A stretch of DNA of 60,930 nucleotides from a virus (taxonomy: Duplodnaviria > Caudoviricetes): the IMG/VR virus record IMGVR_UViG_3300032164_000015, positions 1-60,930 of that record. One strand, written 5' to 3'. Position numbers and translations under genes: made by a program. The notes under the pieces were generated by a model, which saw only the letters and a list, made by a program, of their open reading frames with translations, was not told the DNA's origin and did no database searches. Every line of letters starts with the position of its first letter. The first letter of the stretch is position 1. Of this stretch, positions 26,773 to 35,427 are shown one piece after another.

Positions 26773-28110
26773 TTAGAACGGAATGTCGGGGTTGGAAGAG
26801 CCGAATGGATCTACGCCGGTAGGCGCTGCGGCGTCACTGCCTCCCGCGCCGCCACCACCGCCTGCGGTGGGCACGCGCGGCTTCTCGGAGAAGTCCATCG
26901 TGTCGAAGTCCCAGTTGCACTCGATTTCGTCGGACTCGCCTTCACGGACTTTGAGCCCCTTGAGCATCATCGTCTTCGCGCGCTTCATCTCGTCGGTCTG
27001 GATGAGCCCGTACATCAGGTCGGCGTTCCAGCCAGCCACGTCGGTGAGCGCAACGGACTCAGCCTGCACGGTCTTGACCTGACCCGCCTTCACCTCGCGG
27101 TTGAACTGCATCGTGACGATGATGGGCACCTTGCGCCGCTTGTTGATGCGCTTCAGTTCGTCGAAGACGTTGGCCGCGCGCTCGGTGCGTGTCAGGCCCG
27201 CGACCTTGAGCAGGTACGCGCCGTCGAGCACCACGATGTCAGGCTTCGCTTCTTCCACTGCGGCATCGAACGACTCCATCGAGAAGTCGAAGTCCCCGCC
27301 GACGATGTTGAAGTTCGGTGAGTTCACCAGCTCCGCGACGCCGTCGTAGAGCTTCTTCTCCATGAACACGCCGAGGCGGCCCTTGCGAAGAGCCCCGTAC
27401 GGAAGCTTGAGCTTGAGCGCGTACCAACGGAGCGCGATGCGCGCCTTCGCCATTTCGGTGGTCGCGTAGAGCACGCGACACGGGCGCTTGGTCACGCCGT
27501 CCGGCTCGGTCATCTGCTGCTCCCACGCGCAGCCCGCGACCATCAGCGAGAGCCAAGTTTTCCCGATGCCAAGTCGGGCGACGAAGAGCACCAAGTCTTC
27601 AGGCCAGAAGCCCATCGTCGCTTCGTTGACGGAGTCCCACGGCGACAGCACGCCGGTCAGGCCCTTCTTGATGCGCTCGTAGTAGTCCAACACCTCGGGA
27701 CCGAGTCCGGGCAGGCTCTCAATCAGAGTGCCTGCGAGCTTCTCCTTCCGAAGCTCCGTCATCGCGTTTTCAAGAGTGCTGAGTCCCTTGCGCGGCTCGG
27801 TCTCGATTTGCTTCAGCAGCGTGCTGCACGTCGAGTGGAGCAACTGTGCGAGCTTGCGATCCATGATGCAGTCGATGAAGTAGTCGGACGCCCCGGCGAT
27901 GGAGTCGTCAAGCGCGGTACTGGTCGCGTGGCAGACGATTTCAATCGGCGGAAGATCCGGATGCTGCTTCGAGTAGTCGAGGATGAATTCCCAAGCCTTG
28001 CGGCCCTCGCCTGCCATGTGTTCGAGCGTGATACCTCGGGCGAGCGCCTTCCGGAGCCCCGGTCGCCCTTCGCGCAGTACCGCAACGACAAAGCCCTTGT
28101 CGAAGTCCAT
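26773..28110 (-). CDS. dnaB: DnaB-like replicative helicase with SSB-like C-terminal tail
   Basis: FVARLGIGKT, TTEM, VVLDGAYL, QFNR, NADL, LKVREG; ends GGGGG..NPDIPF. Confidence 0.9.
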   Translation of the reverse strand: MDFDKGFVVAVLREGRPGLRKALARGITLEHMAGEGRKAWEFILDYSKQHPDLPPIEIVCHATSTALDDSIAGASDYFIDCIMDRKLAQLLHSTCSTLLKQIETEPRKGLSTLENAMTELRKEKLAGTLIESLPGLGPEVLDYYERIKKGLTGVLSPWDSVNEATMGFWPEDLVLFVARLGIGKTWLSLMVAGCAWEQQMTEPDGVTKRPCRVLYATTEMAKARIALRWYALKLKLPYGALRKGRLGVFMEKKLYDGVAELVNSPNFNIVGGDFDFSMESFDAAVEEAKPDIVVLDGAYLLKVAGLTRTERAANVFDELKRINKRRKVPIIVTMQFNREVKAGQVKTVQAESVALTDVAGWNADLMYGLIQTDEMKRAKTMMLKGLKVREGESDEIECNWDFDTMDFSEKPRVPTAGGGGGAGGSDAAAPTGVDPFGSSNPDIPF

Positions 28111-28111
28111 C

Positions 28112-28711
28112 TCAGCCCCCCTTCTTGAAGCTCAACGGAACACGCGCCATCAGTTCAGCAGGTGGAGAAGTCTCGTCGGGGTGGTCCTTGAACCACTGCA
28201 TCAGCTCCTCGACCGCCGGATGTTTCTCAGACTCGGGCTCCGGCATCTGGGATTCCGGCACGAGCGTGTCCGCCATGATGAAGAGCCAGCCGACGGTTGG
28301 AACAATCGGACACTTCGGGAAGCGCGGTCGGAGCAGAATCCAGTTCCCGAAGGCGAACCGGAAATAGCCCTCGACGATTTTCTCCGGGTAGCGCTGAGCC
28401 AGCTTGCCACTGAGCCCCGCGTCTTTCCCGTACTTGCGTTTGCCGTCTTCCATCACGAACCACGGCGCTGTGACGACCGCCGGAAAGTACGCGTGCATCA
28501 GGTCTTCCCAGACCACCATCAGCCGGTTCACAGAACCTTTCGGAGCGTGCCGAGTCGGCCCCTCGCCCTTCAGGTTCCGAGCGAGCTGAGCTTTTCGCTG
28601 GCGCTCGTTCGCCTTCACCTCGTTCTTTTCGTGCTGAGCCGTAGCTCTCGCTTGACCGGTCTTCATCGCCAGCGCCGCGCGCGACATGCGAAGCTCGTCG
28701 TCGAAGCTCAC
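28112..28711 (-). CDS. Hypothetical protein paralogous to the initiator C-terminal domain
   Basis: Shares W..M...(Y/F)P, Y....Y.R(F/W)...NW and W(F/Y)..HP.E..PP motifs with 29412-30722. Confidence 0.65.
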   Translation of the reverse strand: MSFDDELRMSRAALAMKTGQARATAQHEKNEVKANERQRKAQLARNLKGEGPTRHAPKGSVNRLMVVWEDLMHAYFPAVVTAPWFVMEDGKRKYGKDAGLSGKLAQRYPEKIVEGYFRFAFGNWILLRPRFPKCPIVPTVGWLFIMADTLVPESQMPEPESEKHPAVEELMQWFKDHPDETSPPAELMARVPLSFKKGG

Positions 28712-29415
28712 GGGGAATCCTTCTGGAAGATTTTGATCCGGTTCGCCTTGATGTCTTCAGCGCGTCGGTTGGTGCCCTGCACCGGAGTCTCGTACAGCAC
28801 TTTGCCGACCTGCGGGAACCACGCAGGCTGCACCTCGCCCATCTCCTTGAAGGTCATGATGGAAGTGAAAAAAGTGGGGCGCAGGGCAGCGGCGCGGTCG
28901 ATGACCAGCGACTTCCAGTTGAAAAAAGAATCGGAAAAATCGGTGAGATCCAAGTCGTCGATGATGAGCACCTTCGCTCGCCGAATCAGGTTCTCGACCA
29001 GACCGCAGTCACCGAACTCACGGTGGAAGCGAACGGCGTCTCGCAGGTCGCTCGCGCGCGTGAAGTAGATGCTGCGGTCAGTGAGGTGACCGTGCCAGCC
29101 CGCGTTGATGAGCTTGCCGGACTTCTCGTCGAAGTGCCGCATCCCGGCCTTCGCGAGCTGAATCGCAGCGGTGGTCTTCCCTGCGCCCGCTGGGCCGGAG
29201 AAAAAGTAGCCCAGCCCCTGACGAACGAACTCGGTCTGGTGCTTCAGGTAGTTCTCGACCACGAGCCGCGCGTCGGGCGTGCAGTCGGCGAGCTTGCAGT
29301 CCCAAATGTTCGCCGGGGTGTTGAACACCGCCTGCGCGTCGGCTCCTGACAGGGGCCATTTCGGACCCTTCGGGCCTTCGGCCAGATCCGCCTCGTCGAT
29401 TTCGCCATCGCTCAT
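28708..29415 (-). CDS. DnaC/IstB-like AAA+ helicase loader
   Basis: GYFFSGPAGAGKT, VLIIDDL, RPTFFTS, GTNRR; ATG 29415 overlaps the initiator stop. Confidence 0.8.
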   Translation of the reverse strand: MSDGEIDEADLAEGPKGPKWPLSGADAQAVFNTPANIWDCKLADCTPDARLVVENYLKHQTEFVRQGLGYFFSGPAGAGKTTAAIQLAKAGMRHFDEKSGKLINAGWHGHLTDRSIYFTRASDLRDAVRFHREFGDCGLVENLIRRAKVLIIDDLDLTDFSDSFFNWKSLVIDRAAALRPTFFTSIMTFKEMGEVQPAWFPQVGKVLYETPVQGTNRRAEDIKANRIKIFQKDSP

Positions 29416-30722
29416 ATCTTGTCTCCCTTCAACTTCGGTGCTCGCCACGTCTCCATCGCAAGGTCATCCGGAGGCAGCTCGCCCGGATGCTCGGTGTACC
29501 AAGCGGCCAACTTGTCCTTGAGGGTGCGCACCTGCTGGGTCGCCGTCATCGAACCCGCCGCGCCTTGCGCCTCCGGCATCAGGTCCTTGACCTTCCACTC
29601 GGCTTGGAGCGTGTTCGGCGTGGCTGGAAAGTTCAGGGTCTTCTCGTAGCGCTTCGTCACGGCTTTCCAGTTCGTGATGATCCACCGGACATACGCAAGC
29701 GTCGCCTCCAGCCCGTAGTCGTCCACCAGAGCAAGAACGTTTTTTGCCTCGCAGCTCTTCGTCGGCTCCACCAGCAACCCGTCCTTGCCGACGGTCGGCC
29801 ACTGCCGATGCCCGAGCGGCACCTGCGGGTAGTGCTTCGCCATCTCGGCTCGCCAAACCTGCTCGACCTTGGCGATGGCCTTCAGGCGGTCCTGTTGGGC
29901 CGCTGTGCGGGCTTTGGCTTCAAGAGGGGTCACGGGCTGACTTTTGGCCGGAAGGGGCTCTACGGCCCGCACAGGCGGCGGAGGGGGGCTCCCGGAACCG
30001 GGGGAGGGTCGGTCGGTCGTGCGGTCGGTCGTGCGGACGGGCGGTCGGTCGCTGCGCTGAGTCGGACGGGCGGTTTCCGACGCTTCTGGAACGGTGGCGA
30101 GACGCAGTGTTGGAGAGAGGCTGTTCCCCCTCTCTTCAAAAATGTTCTCTTCAAAGCTGTTCTCTTCATTATCGGCAAATTTTGCCGGGGTAAGGGCGGC
30201 ACCGTTTGCCGGGGTAGGGGCGGCACCATTTGCCGGGGTAGGAAATGTCGCACCCCGGCAATCCGTGCCGGGGTCCGAGAGGTGACCACCGGGGTCAGAA
30301 TTGCCGGGGTGAGCGGATGTCTTCCACGGAGAAGGACTGGCTTCTTCGCGTGCGTCGGCTCGGGCTTCGGAGGCGTGGGTGGCGCGTGTGTGGCTGGCGT
30401 CTCGATGGACCTTGGCCCGGTCCTTCGCCCATTTGTGGTCCCGGAGCTGCCAGACATGCTCCAAGAGGAAGTACCGGGACGCCTTGCCGTGGTAGTGCTC
30501 CACACGCAGGAGCCCGACCTCCTCGAACTTGCGAACGGCCATGCGAACCGCCCGCACGCTGATGGCCAGCTCTCGCCCGATGGTGTGGATGCTGGGGTAC
30601 GCGAACTTGTTCTTGCCCAAGTACCGCAGCAGCTCGGCGTAGACCTGCTTCTGGCAGGAAGTCAGCTCCGGCGTGACCTTCAGCCACACCGGGTTGAGCG
30701 AGAAGCCAGTGAGAAGGCTCAT
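29412..30722 (-). CDS. Replication initiator with N-terminal winged HTH (lambda O-like layout)
   Basis: LTSCQKQVYAEL..AYPSIHTIGRELAISVRAVRMAVRKFEEVGLL; internal iterons; followed by DnaC-like and DnaB genes. Confidence 0.8.
   Translation of the reverse strand: MSLLTGFSLNPVWLKVTPELTSCQKQVYAELLRYLGKNKFAYPSIHTIGRELAISVRAVRMAVRKFEEVGLLRVEHYHGKASRYFLLEHVWQLRDHKWAKDRAKVHRDASHTRATHASEARADAREEASPSPWKTSAHPGNSDPGGHLSDPGTDCRGATFPTPANGAAPTPANGAALTPAKFADNEENSFEENIFEERGNSLSPTLRLATVPEASETARPTQRSDRPPVRTTDRTTDRPSPGSGSPPPPPVRAVEPLPAKSQPVTPLEAKARTAAQQDRLKAIAKVEQVWRAEMAKHYPQVPLGHRQWPTVGKDGLLVEPTKSCEAKNVLALVDDYGLEATLAYVRWIITNWKAVTKRYEKTLNFPATPNTLQAEWKVKDLMPEAQGAAGSMTATQQVRTLKDKLAAWYTEHPGELPPDDLAMETWRAPKLKGDKI
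30121..30310. repeat. Putative replication origin: iterons plus AT-richer repeats inside the initiator gene
   Basis: TTTGCCGGGGTA at 30181, 30205, 30229 (24-bp period); further (G/A)CCGGGGT copies to 30310, one inverted at 30252; TCTCTTCA x3 at 30131-30168. Confidence 0.75.
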
Positions 30723-30896
30723 CGAGCCTCCGTCGATGGCAAGACATGCCTGCGGCGAAGCTCGGTCCGAAGAAACACAGGCCGACGGAAGCTGTTGCGG
30801 TGCTCCCTCAGGAACGAGGGAGTTGAGTCCTCTCGTGTCCCGGCCATGCGCGGTCCCCCAGCTCCAGAGAGTCTTCTGACCGCGCCGCGTGCGCAG

Positions 30897-30975
30897 AAAA
30901 AAGCGGGCGAATCTGGGTTCGCCGTCCCAGCAGAGGTCGGGAGCTGCACCCTCGCTGGAAACCCCAGATCCGCCC
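30897..30975 (-). terminator. Long hairpin plus U6 in the initiator leader (terminator/attenuator)
   Basis: Minus-strand 13-bp outer stem GGGCGGATCTGGG/CCCAGATTCGCCC, inner CCAGC/GCTGG and GAGG/CCTC stems, then GCTTTTTT. Confidence 0.6.
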
Positions 30976-31050
30976 TAGACCAGAAAATGACATGTCGATC
31001 GTAGCTCCCTGTCCGTTTGACATCGTCCCGGCGAGGAACGAGGCGGCGGC

Positions 31051-31080
31051 CTTTTACGCTCGCTTCCGCAAGCCCGTCAA
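31051..31080 (-). promoter_or_regulatory. Candidate promoter of the replication operon
   Basis: TTGACG-18bp-TAAAAG. Confidence 0.5.
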
Positions 31081-31119
31081 GAAGTGCGAACGCCTCACTC
31101 GAACGCGCTCGCACCAAAG

Positions 31120-31229
31120 TTTTCCACAGCCCGCGCCCAGTCGGAGAACGAACGGATCTCGCTTCGTTTCCCACAAGGCAATGCACAATCCCTCCCTCTC
31201 AACGAAAAAGTTCTCCACAGGTTTCAACA
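31120..31229 (+). promoter_or_regulatory. Cluster of DnaA-box-like 9-mers
   Basis: TTTTCCACA 31120 (matches TTWTNCACA), TTTCCCACA 31167, TTCTCCACA 31211, GTTTCAACA 31221, all co-oriented. Confidence 0.5.
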
Positions 31230-31298
31230 GCCCTACTCAGGGCGCACCTCTCCCAGCGTGGCGCACCTGCCGAACACACCCCCACTTCCCGCGAGCTG

Positions 31299-31553
31299 CT
31301 ACTTGCCCGCGTCCGTCACCCAGCCCTTGCCTCCGCACGTCGGGCAAGCCGCCGTGGTCGTCAACGTCCACCGCCCGTTGAACAGCTTGAGTTTTCCTGC
31401 CTTCCGCAGTCGCTGAAGCTCGCGGTCGAGCTTCTGGTCGTACTTCTGCGTGTCGAGGTTCAACAGCGCGCGGATCTCCTTGTTCGACTTCGGACCCTTC
31501 TTCAGCGCTGCTGCGACGCTCTTCTCCGTCACCTCTTCGGTCTTCTCTTTCAT
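31299..31553 (-). CDS. Small winged-helix protein with C-terminal CxxCxGxG
   Basis: LKKGPKSNKEIR..LQRLRKAGKL..WTL, CPTCGGKG; GGAGG RBS. Confidence 0.65.
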   Translation of the reverse strand: MKEKTEEVTEKSVAAALKKGPKSNKEIRALLNLDTQKYDQKLDRELQRLRKAGKLKLFNGRWTLTTTAACPTCGGKGWVTDAGK

Positions 31554-31566
31554 CCCCGTCTCCTCC

Positions 31567-33504
31567 CTATCCGTTGCGTAGGTACTTCACGAAGCTGGTG
31601 GAGACGACACGCACGAGCCCGTCCCCCAACCGCTCAGTTTCCATCCGTCGCCAGTTGGCTGGTGGTCCCAACATGAAGGAGAGCTGCGTGTCCTTCATCT
31701 CCTGCCCGATGACGATGCCGGTGACGTTCATCCCCTGCCTGCGCGCGAAGCGGATCTCGTCCCGCGCGTAGGTCATCAGCGTCTTGGTGGCGAAGCGGTT
31801 TCCCGTCCGGGTCGCGTGCGACGGCGCTCCGTCCGTGATGATGATGATTTGCTTCGCTTCGTTGCCCTCCTCCATGAAGCGAACAGCCACCCGAAGCGCG
31901 AGGTGAAGCGGCGTCGCACCCGCCACCTCCGTGTCGTCCGAGGTCAGGTTCAGCGCGCCCGGCGCGAACCGGGTGATGTCGATTTCGCCCATCTTGAACG
32001 ACTGGAATCCCCAGACGCGGAAGTCCACGAACGGGAACTTCAACGCCGACTCCAACGTCCGGCACGCACGCTCCGCCTGCGCGGTCTTCTCGCCCAGCAT
32101 CGAACCCGAGCGGTCCACGAGCACCAGCACCTTGAAGCCCCGGCCCGACTCCTCAGTCCGGAAGCACGGCACTGGCTGCCGCGACACCACGCCCTCGATG
32201 TACGCCGACACGTCGATTTCGCTGCCGGTCTCGTGCAGCATGAACCTTCGCCTTCCGAGCACCCGGTAGAAGACCGACTTCAACCGCCGCGCCGCGCTGC
32301 GGTCTTCTTCGTGTTCCTGCCCGAGCGCGCGCTTCACCTTCGCCGTCCGAAGGTTCACCTTGCCGAAGGCGTTCTTGGTGGCCCAGCCGTCGTGCCCCAT
32401 CTGCTGGCCGAGCGTCTTCAACGCGCGCGTGACCACCTCTGCCATCTTCGACTCCGAGGCCGTGAGGAACTCCTCCAGCTTCGCGTCGTCGCGCGTGTCC
32501 ATGTTCTGCACGAACTCAGCGGCGGCTCGACCTCGGTCCTTCTCGTCCTTCGTCACCCGCTTGTCCGGCACCACGTCGTCGCGCCACGAGTAGAGCGCGG
32601 AGGGACAGCCCATCACTTCAAGCAGACGCTCGAACGCCTTCGTGCGCGCGCCCGCGTCCACGGGAACCGTACGGTCCTCGGGTGTGGTCGGAGCTTCAGG
32701 CGTCGCAGGGGCGCGGTTCTTGAGCCGTTGGAGCGCCTGAGCGGCGAGGCTCTGGGTCTGCGGGTTCTGCGGCACTCGACGAGGCTGGGCTATCTCGGAG
32801 ACGAACTGCTGCATGAGCCACTTGGCGACCGCCAGCGTCGCCGCGAAGCCCCGACGCTCCACCTTCAGCAGCGCGTCTTCCATCGCAGGTCGCAGGTAGT
32901 CGTACGGTCCGGGCGGAGGCTCGACCTTCGCCGAGACGACGCACAGGTACGTCGAAGGGCAAAGGTGCGCGCGCCCGATGAACTTCTGCACCATGTGTTT
33001 GTGCATCGCCTGCATCTCGATGAAGGAGCCCGGATACAGCAGCGCCCAGAGCGACTCGACGCGCGCGTCTTCGAGGATACCGATGATGACGGAGAGCAGC
33101 TCTTTGAGATGATCCGCGTGGTGGTCTTCCAGCGCCTGACCTTGCTGCGCGAACGACTTCTTCACCTGCTCAACGTAGAGCCGGATGAACGCGACCTTCC
33201 CCTCGATGCTCGACTGGAAAAGGATGTGAGCCAGCTCGTGCTCGACGATGCGATAGAAGAACGGGTTCTTGAACGGTGCGAGAATCTCGTGGCCGTCAGT
33301 GCTCGGGAAGTTGCCTTCCTTCAGCCACAGTCGGCGCTGTGTCAGCCCAGAGAACGTCGCGACCGTTTTGTATGCCGCCCCGCGCGCATCCTGCTCCAAC
33401 CCTCGGCGATAGAGGGCTTGAAGATCCACTGTTCGATTGGGATTGAAAATCGAGCCCTCAAGCTCAATCGCTTCGTCCCCCTCGACCAGCTCTATCTCCG
33501 TCAC
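31567..33504 (-). CDS. VWA-domain protein (CobT/NorD-like) with N-terminal HExxH metallopeptidase-like domain
   Basis: STDG..HELAH..ILEDARVE; MIDAS VDRSGSM, GATPL, IITDG. Confidence 0.85.
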   Translation of the reverse strand: MTEIELVEGDEAIELEGSIFNPNRTVDLQALYRRGLEQDARGAAYKTVATFSGLTQRRLWLKEGNFPSTDGHEILAPFKNPFFYRIVEHELAHILFQSSIEGKVAFIRLYVEQVKKSFAQQGQALEDHHADHLKELLSVIIGILEDARVESLWALLYPGSFIEMQAMHKHMVQKFIGRAHLCPSTYLCVVSAKVEPPPGPYDYLRPAMEDALLKVERRGFAATLAVAKWLMQQFVSEIAQPRRVPQNPQTQSLAAQALQRLKNRAPATPEAPTTPEDRTVPVDAGARTKAFERLLEVMGCPSALYSWRDDVVPDKRVTKDEKDRGRAAAEFVQNMDTRDDAKLEEFLTASESKMAEVVTRALKTLGQQMGHDGWATKNAFGKVNLRTAKVKRALGQEHEEDRSAARRLKSVFYRVLGRRRFMLHETGSEIDVSAYIEGVVSRQPVPCFRTEESGRGFKVLVLVDRSGSMLGEKTAQAERACRTLESALKFPFVDFRVWGFQSFKMGEIDITRFAPGALNLTSDDTEVAGATPLHLALRVAVRFMEEGNEAKQIIIITDGAPSHATRTGNRFATKTLMTYARDEIRFARRQGMNVTGIVIGQEMKDTQLSFMLGPPANWRRMETERLGDGLVRVVSTSFVKYLRNG

Positions 33505-34361
33505 GCCACAGCCCCTTCGGTCACCTTGACCCCGAAGATGCTCGCGATGCGCGCCTTCACCGTGTTCCGGTCGTCGCCGTCGAACTTTCCGATGAGCACT
33601 CGCAGCGCTCTCGGCAAGCCGACCAGTCCGATGTCTTCGACCAGTTGTTGAACGTCGCGCGGAGAGAGCGCGTACTCCATCGCCTTCTGCCGCGTCTCGA
33701 TGGCGAGCTGGAGCACGCGGTCCAACATCTTGGGTTCCAGCTTCTTCAGCAGCTCCGAGTCCACCACCTCAGTCAGGATGGCCTTCTCTTGCGCGGGGTC
33801 GGGGTACTCCAACGCGAGCAATCGGAAACGGCTCTTCAGGTCCTCGTTCAGCGCGTAGACCCCGCCGTAGACCGCCGTGTTCATCGTGCCGACGAACCAG
33901 AGCCTCGCGCCCTCCTTCAGCTTGAAGACCTTCTGGCACTCCGGCACTTCGATGCGCCGCCGGAAGTCAGCCAGCCCGTTGAGGACCTTCTGCATCTGCG
34001 GCGACAGGCCGTTGATTTCCTCCAGCACGAGGATGCACTGGCCGACCTCGTTCGCGATTTCGAAGGCCGTGGTCAGCGGCCCCAACACGAACGGTGTGTC
34101 GCCCCCGCGCAACAGGTGGTGCCCAATCAGGTGGCTGCGCCGTACGTCTTCCGAGCAGTCGAACGTGATGATGGGGCACTTCTTCAGCGCCGCGAACGTT
34201 TGGAACGAGAGCGTCTTGCCGATACCCTTCGGGCCGACGAGCACGAGGTTCGACCGGAACATGAGCCCCTCGTAGAGGCCGTGCAGCCCGAAGACATCGA
34301 CGAACTTCAGACCCTGCCGTGGCGCGTACTCTTCCGTTGGAATCCGCTCGACCGCGCTCAA
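33501..34361 (-). CDS. MoxR-family (CbbQ/NirQ/CobS-like) AAA+ ATPase
   Basis: LVGPKGIGKT, GPLTTA, LVLEEIN, GTMN, LNEDLKSRF, LSPR. Confidence 0.9.
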   Translation of the reverse strand: MSAVERIPTEEYAPRQGLKFVDVFGLHGLYEGLMFRSNLVLVGPKGIGKTLSFQTFAALKKCPIITFDCSEDVRRSHLIGHHLLRGGDTPFVLGPLTTAFEIANEVGQCILVLEEINGLSPQMQKVLNGLADFRRRIEVPECQKVFKLKEGARLWFVGTMNTAVYGGVYALNEDLKSRFRLLALEYPDPAQEKAILTEVVDSELLKKLEPKMLDRVLQLAIETRQKAMEYALSPRDVQQLVEDIGLVGLPRALRVLIGKFDGDDRNTVKARIASIFGVKVTEGAVA

Positions 34362-34969
34362 GGGCCTGCCTTCTTCTTCTTCGGCTTCTGGGTCTTCGTG
34401 TCCGCTTCGAGAACCGCAGCGGCGAAGCCAGCGCCTTCGATGACCGCCGCCTTCTCCGCGTTGAAGCTGGCGAACGCCTCCTCCGTCAGGGACTCGATTT
34501 CTTCTGAGGCCCCCACGGTGAGCGCGAACGACACCTTCTTCAGCGCCTCGACCGCAGGGCCGTTCAGCTTGCCGGTCTCGATGAGCGCCTGAATCTTCGA
34601 CGGATTGAGCACCGTGGTGGTGACCTTGTCGTAGACCGTGCTCTCCTCGATGCCGTTCACCGCGAGCAGGGTCTTGAACTTCTCCTCCTCCGGCAGCTTG
34701 GCGATCTTCTTGTCCACGCGAACCGTGCTGCCGTTCAGCTCGAACTTGCGGCCCCCGGTTTCCGTCTCAGTGCCGATCTTGCTCGCGTCGTCGAGCAGGC
34801 TCAGGCGCAGTAGCTCCATGCGCTTCTCCAGCCGATCTTTCATCCACCGCGCGAGCGAGTAGGTGGTCAGCTTTTCTCCCGTCGAGAGCGCCTCGATCGG
34901 TAGGTGCATCACCTCACCACTCGACATCGGCTTGACTTCGGACTCAACCAGCTTCACGAGGGACTTCAT
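34358..34969 (-). CDS. Hypothetical protein
   Basis: Start MKSLVK with GGAG RBS; first gene of the MoxR/VWA operon. Confidence 0.6.
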   Translation of the reverse strand: MKSLVKLVESEVKPMSSGEVMHLPIEALSTGEKLTTYSLARWMKDRLEKRMELLRLSLLDDASKIGTETETGGRKFELNGSTVRVDKKIAKLPEEEKFKTLLAVNGIEESTVYDKVTTTVLNPSKIQALIETGKLNGPAVEALKKVSFALTVGASEEIESLTEEAFASFNAEKAAVIEGAGFAAAVLEADTKTQKPKKKKAGP

Positions 34970-35027
34970 GGCGTTTCTCCGTTCGACATGCGGGTGAGGC
35001 TCCTTCGTACCAAACAGGTGTGACACC

Positions 35028-35056
35028 CACGTAGCAGCAAGGATTGCGCTTGTCAC
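35028..35056 (-). promoter_or_regulatory. sigma70-like promoter
   Basis: GTGACA-17bp-TACGTG at the strand switch. Confidence 0.5.
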
Positions 35057-35118
35057 GCAACTTATTCCAACTGCTGGGGAATCCGGGACCTGCTCTCGCG
35101 CGTGCGGTAGAGTTGGGC

Positions 35119-35427
35119 ATGGCCTACTACTACGCGACCGTGCCCGGCGTGTTCCCAGTTCCCGACCCTGAGAAGGGACCGACCATCGTGTACAGCGCGC
35201 GCCTGCTGATGGAGCACGCGCTGTTCGACATGAAGGTTCAGGCGCAGCGCCTCGACGTGGCGTTCGACGGCACCCGAGCTTTCCGTACGGACGAGCTGTA
35301 CATGGCCCGATTTCAGAAAGATCAACTCGGCTACGTCATCGCGTTCGGCGACAAAAAGGTCTACTGGACGACGACGAATCCGGTAGGAGCTGATGCTGAG
35401 ACCGAAGCCAAATGGAGAGCGCTATGA
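35119..35427 (+). CDS. Hypothetical protein
   Basis: MAYYYAT start, 5 nt after TAGAGT -10 (leaderless). Confidence 0.55.
   Translation: MAYYYATVPGVFPVPDPEKGPTIVYSARLLMEHALFDMKVQAQRLDVAFDGTRAFRTDELYMARFQKDQLGYVIAFGDKKVYWTTTNPVGADAETEAKWRAL

Noticed and set aside
30007-30055. GGTC-rich short repeats as a separate element
   Set aside because: Explained by low-complexity TTDR/SDR linker coding in the initiator
31017-31022. Plus-strand TTGACA as an antisense promoter
   Set aside because: No acceptable -10 at 16-18 bp, and it points away from the leader hairpin
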